Origin: an uncultured Candidatus Saccharimonadales bacterium
Lineage (GTDB): Bacteria; Patescibacteriota; Saccharimonadia; UBA4664
Length of the DNA: 34,623 bases
Direction of reading: 5' to 3'
NCBI GenBank assembly: GCA_964505035.1
Contig: CAZDGK010000005.1
Span: 1-34,623, forward strand
A program made the translations under genes and the position numbers. This document shows, piece by piece, positions 33,835-34,623 of this stretch. How positions within the stretch are numbered: position 1 is the first letter of the stretch; each line of letters begins with the position of its first letter. Under the pieces are notes generated by a model. The model saw only the letters and a program-made list of their open reading frames with translations. It searched no databases and was not told where the DNA came from.

Positions 33835-34455
33835 CTAGTATTTCCGAATCAAGCCAATGACGACGCCCTGGATCTGAATAGGCGTGCCGGATTCGACGAT
33901 GATGGGGTCCATGGCGGAATTGGAGGGCTGCAGGCGGATGTGGTCCTTTTCTTTGTAGTAACGCTTGAGGGTGGCCTCGCCGCCATTGATGAGGGCGATG
34001 ACCATTTCGCCGTTGGATGGTATTTCCTTTTCCTGCACTACCACGTAGTCGCCGGTATGGATGCCTTCGTCGATCATGGAGTCACCTTTGACTTGCAAGA
34101 CGTAGGAGTTGCGGCGGCCCACCATGAAGGGGGGTACTTCGAGGGTTTCGGGGTGGCCACCCAGCGTTTCGATGGGCTGGCCGGCGGCTACCAGGCCGAG
34201 GATGGGCAGGCCGACCGTGTGGGACACATCGACCTCTTCGGCCTTGACCAGCTGAATGGAGCGGGCCTCATTGTCGCCCTTCTGGAGGGCGCCCTTGGCA
34301 ACGAGTGACTCAATGTGCTCGGCCACAGTGGCGACGGAGCCGTAGCTAAAGTGAGCGGCGATCTCACGATAGCTGGGGGCATAGCCGTGTAGCTCGATGA
34401 ACTGAGTGACGTAATCGAGAACTTCTTTCTGGCGCTTGGTGAGTGGACCGTGCAT
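33835..34455 (-). CDS. lexA: SOS repressor LexA
   Basis: LTKRQ...PS.REIA wHTH, VAAG.PI cleavage site, GDSM (Ser), ATLKR (Lys); SD AGGAGG. Confidence 0.97.
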   Translation of the reverse strand: MHGPLTKRQKEVLDYVTQFIELHGYAPSYREIAAHFSYGSVATVAEHIESLVAKGALQKGDNEARSIQLVKAEEVDVSHTVGLPILGLVAAGQPIETLGGHPETLEVPPFMVGRRNSYVLQVKGDSMIDEGIHTGDYVVVQEKEIPSNGEMVIALINGGEATLKRYYKEKDHIRLQPSNSAMDPIIVESGTPIQIQGVVIGLIRKY

Positions 34456-34485
34456 ATGACAAACCCTCCTACGGTTTATAATTCC

Positions 34486-34514
34486 ATGTTACCGAACATA
34501 GGCCGAAGTGTCAA
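34486..34514 (-). promoter_or_regulatory. lexA promoter with a direct-repeat SOS box in the spacer
   Basis: TTGACA-cTTCGGcctatgTTCGG-TAACAT; the 17-nt spacer contains TTCGG-N6-TTCGG (34492-34507). Confidence 0.88.
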
Positions 34515-34520
34515 GACAGT

Positions 34521-34544
34521 GAAAGAGCCCCGGTTTCCCGGGGC
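34521..34544 (-). terminator. Intrinsic terminator insulating lexA
   Basis: Minus strand GCCCCGG-GAAA-CCGGGGC-TCTTTC. Confidence 0.75.
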
Positions 34545-34548
34545 CCTC

Positions 34549-34623
34549 CTAGGCCGGCTCGGCCTGCCGCTCGGGCATGGGATACAGCTCCGGAACGGCA
34601 TTATCTAGCGGGTCGAGCAGGTA
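34549..34623 (-). CDS. 3' end of a CDS entering from the right edge
   Basis: ...YLLDPLDNAVPELYPMPERQAEPA* ends just before the terminator. Confidence 0.55.
   Translation of the reverse strand, partial: YLLDPLDNAVPELYPMPERQAEPA

Noticed and set aside
26514-34455. Ligase + radC + lexA as a prophage or integrative element
   Set aside because: No integrase, att repeats or structural genes; radC is full-length chromosomal type and is interspersed with transporters.

Overview
GC-rich bacterial chromosomal segment with about 45 CDS and a G/T-rich + strand. I saw no tRNA, rRNA, CRISPR array, IS or integrase. The likely source is a high-GC Patescibacteria (Saccharimonadia-like) genome. This is an inference from a TTCGG-N6-TTCGG repeat in the lexA promoter, pilin-like N-termini and many small secreted orphans. 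The largest gene is missing from the supplied ORF track because it runs off the left edge. It is a >=1486-aa secreted AA5-type copper radical oxidase (1..4460, minus) with intact Cys/Tyr/Tyr-His/His ligands, Fn3 and Ig-like domains, and a ~200-aa domain duplicated at both ends. It sits back-to-back with a DUF4396-csoR pair carrying a Bacillus-type CsoR operator. Next come stress genes, a run of surface or secreted proteins (lysozyme-like, two degenerate M23-like, beta-helix, DUF4232, alpha/beta hydrolase), AraC/SRPBCC and VKOR. A four-gene lipid-carrier glycosylation operon, several self-contained orphan gene units, galU, NAD kinase, an ATP-dependent DNA ligase, CDF and ABC transporters, a pilin-like glycoside hydrolase, radC and lexA follow. 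About 14 genes have a -10 hexamer 6-8 nt before the start codon and no SD, which suggests leaderless transcripts and revises many of the track's start sites. Family assignments come from motif recognition only; no database search was run.
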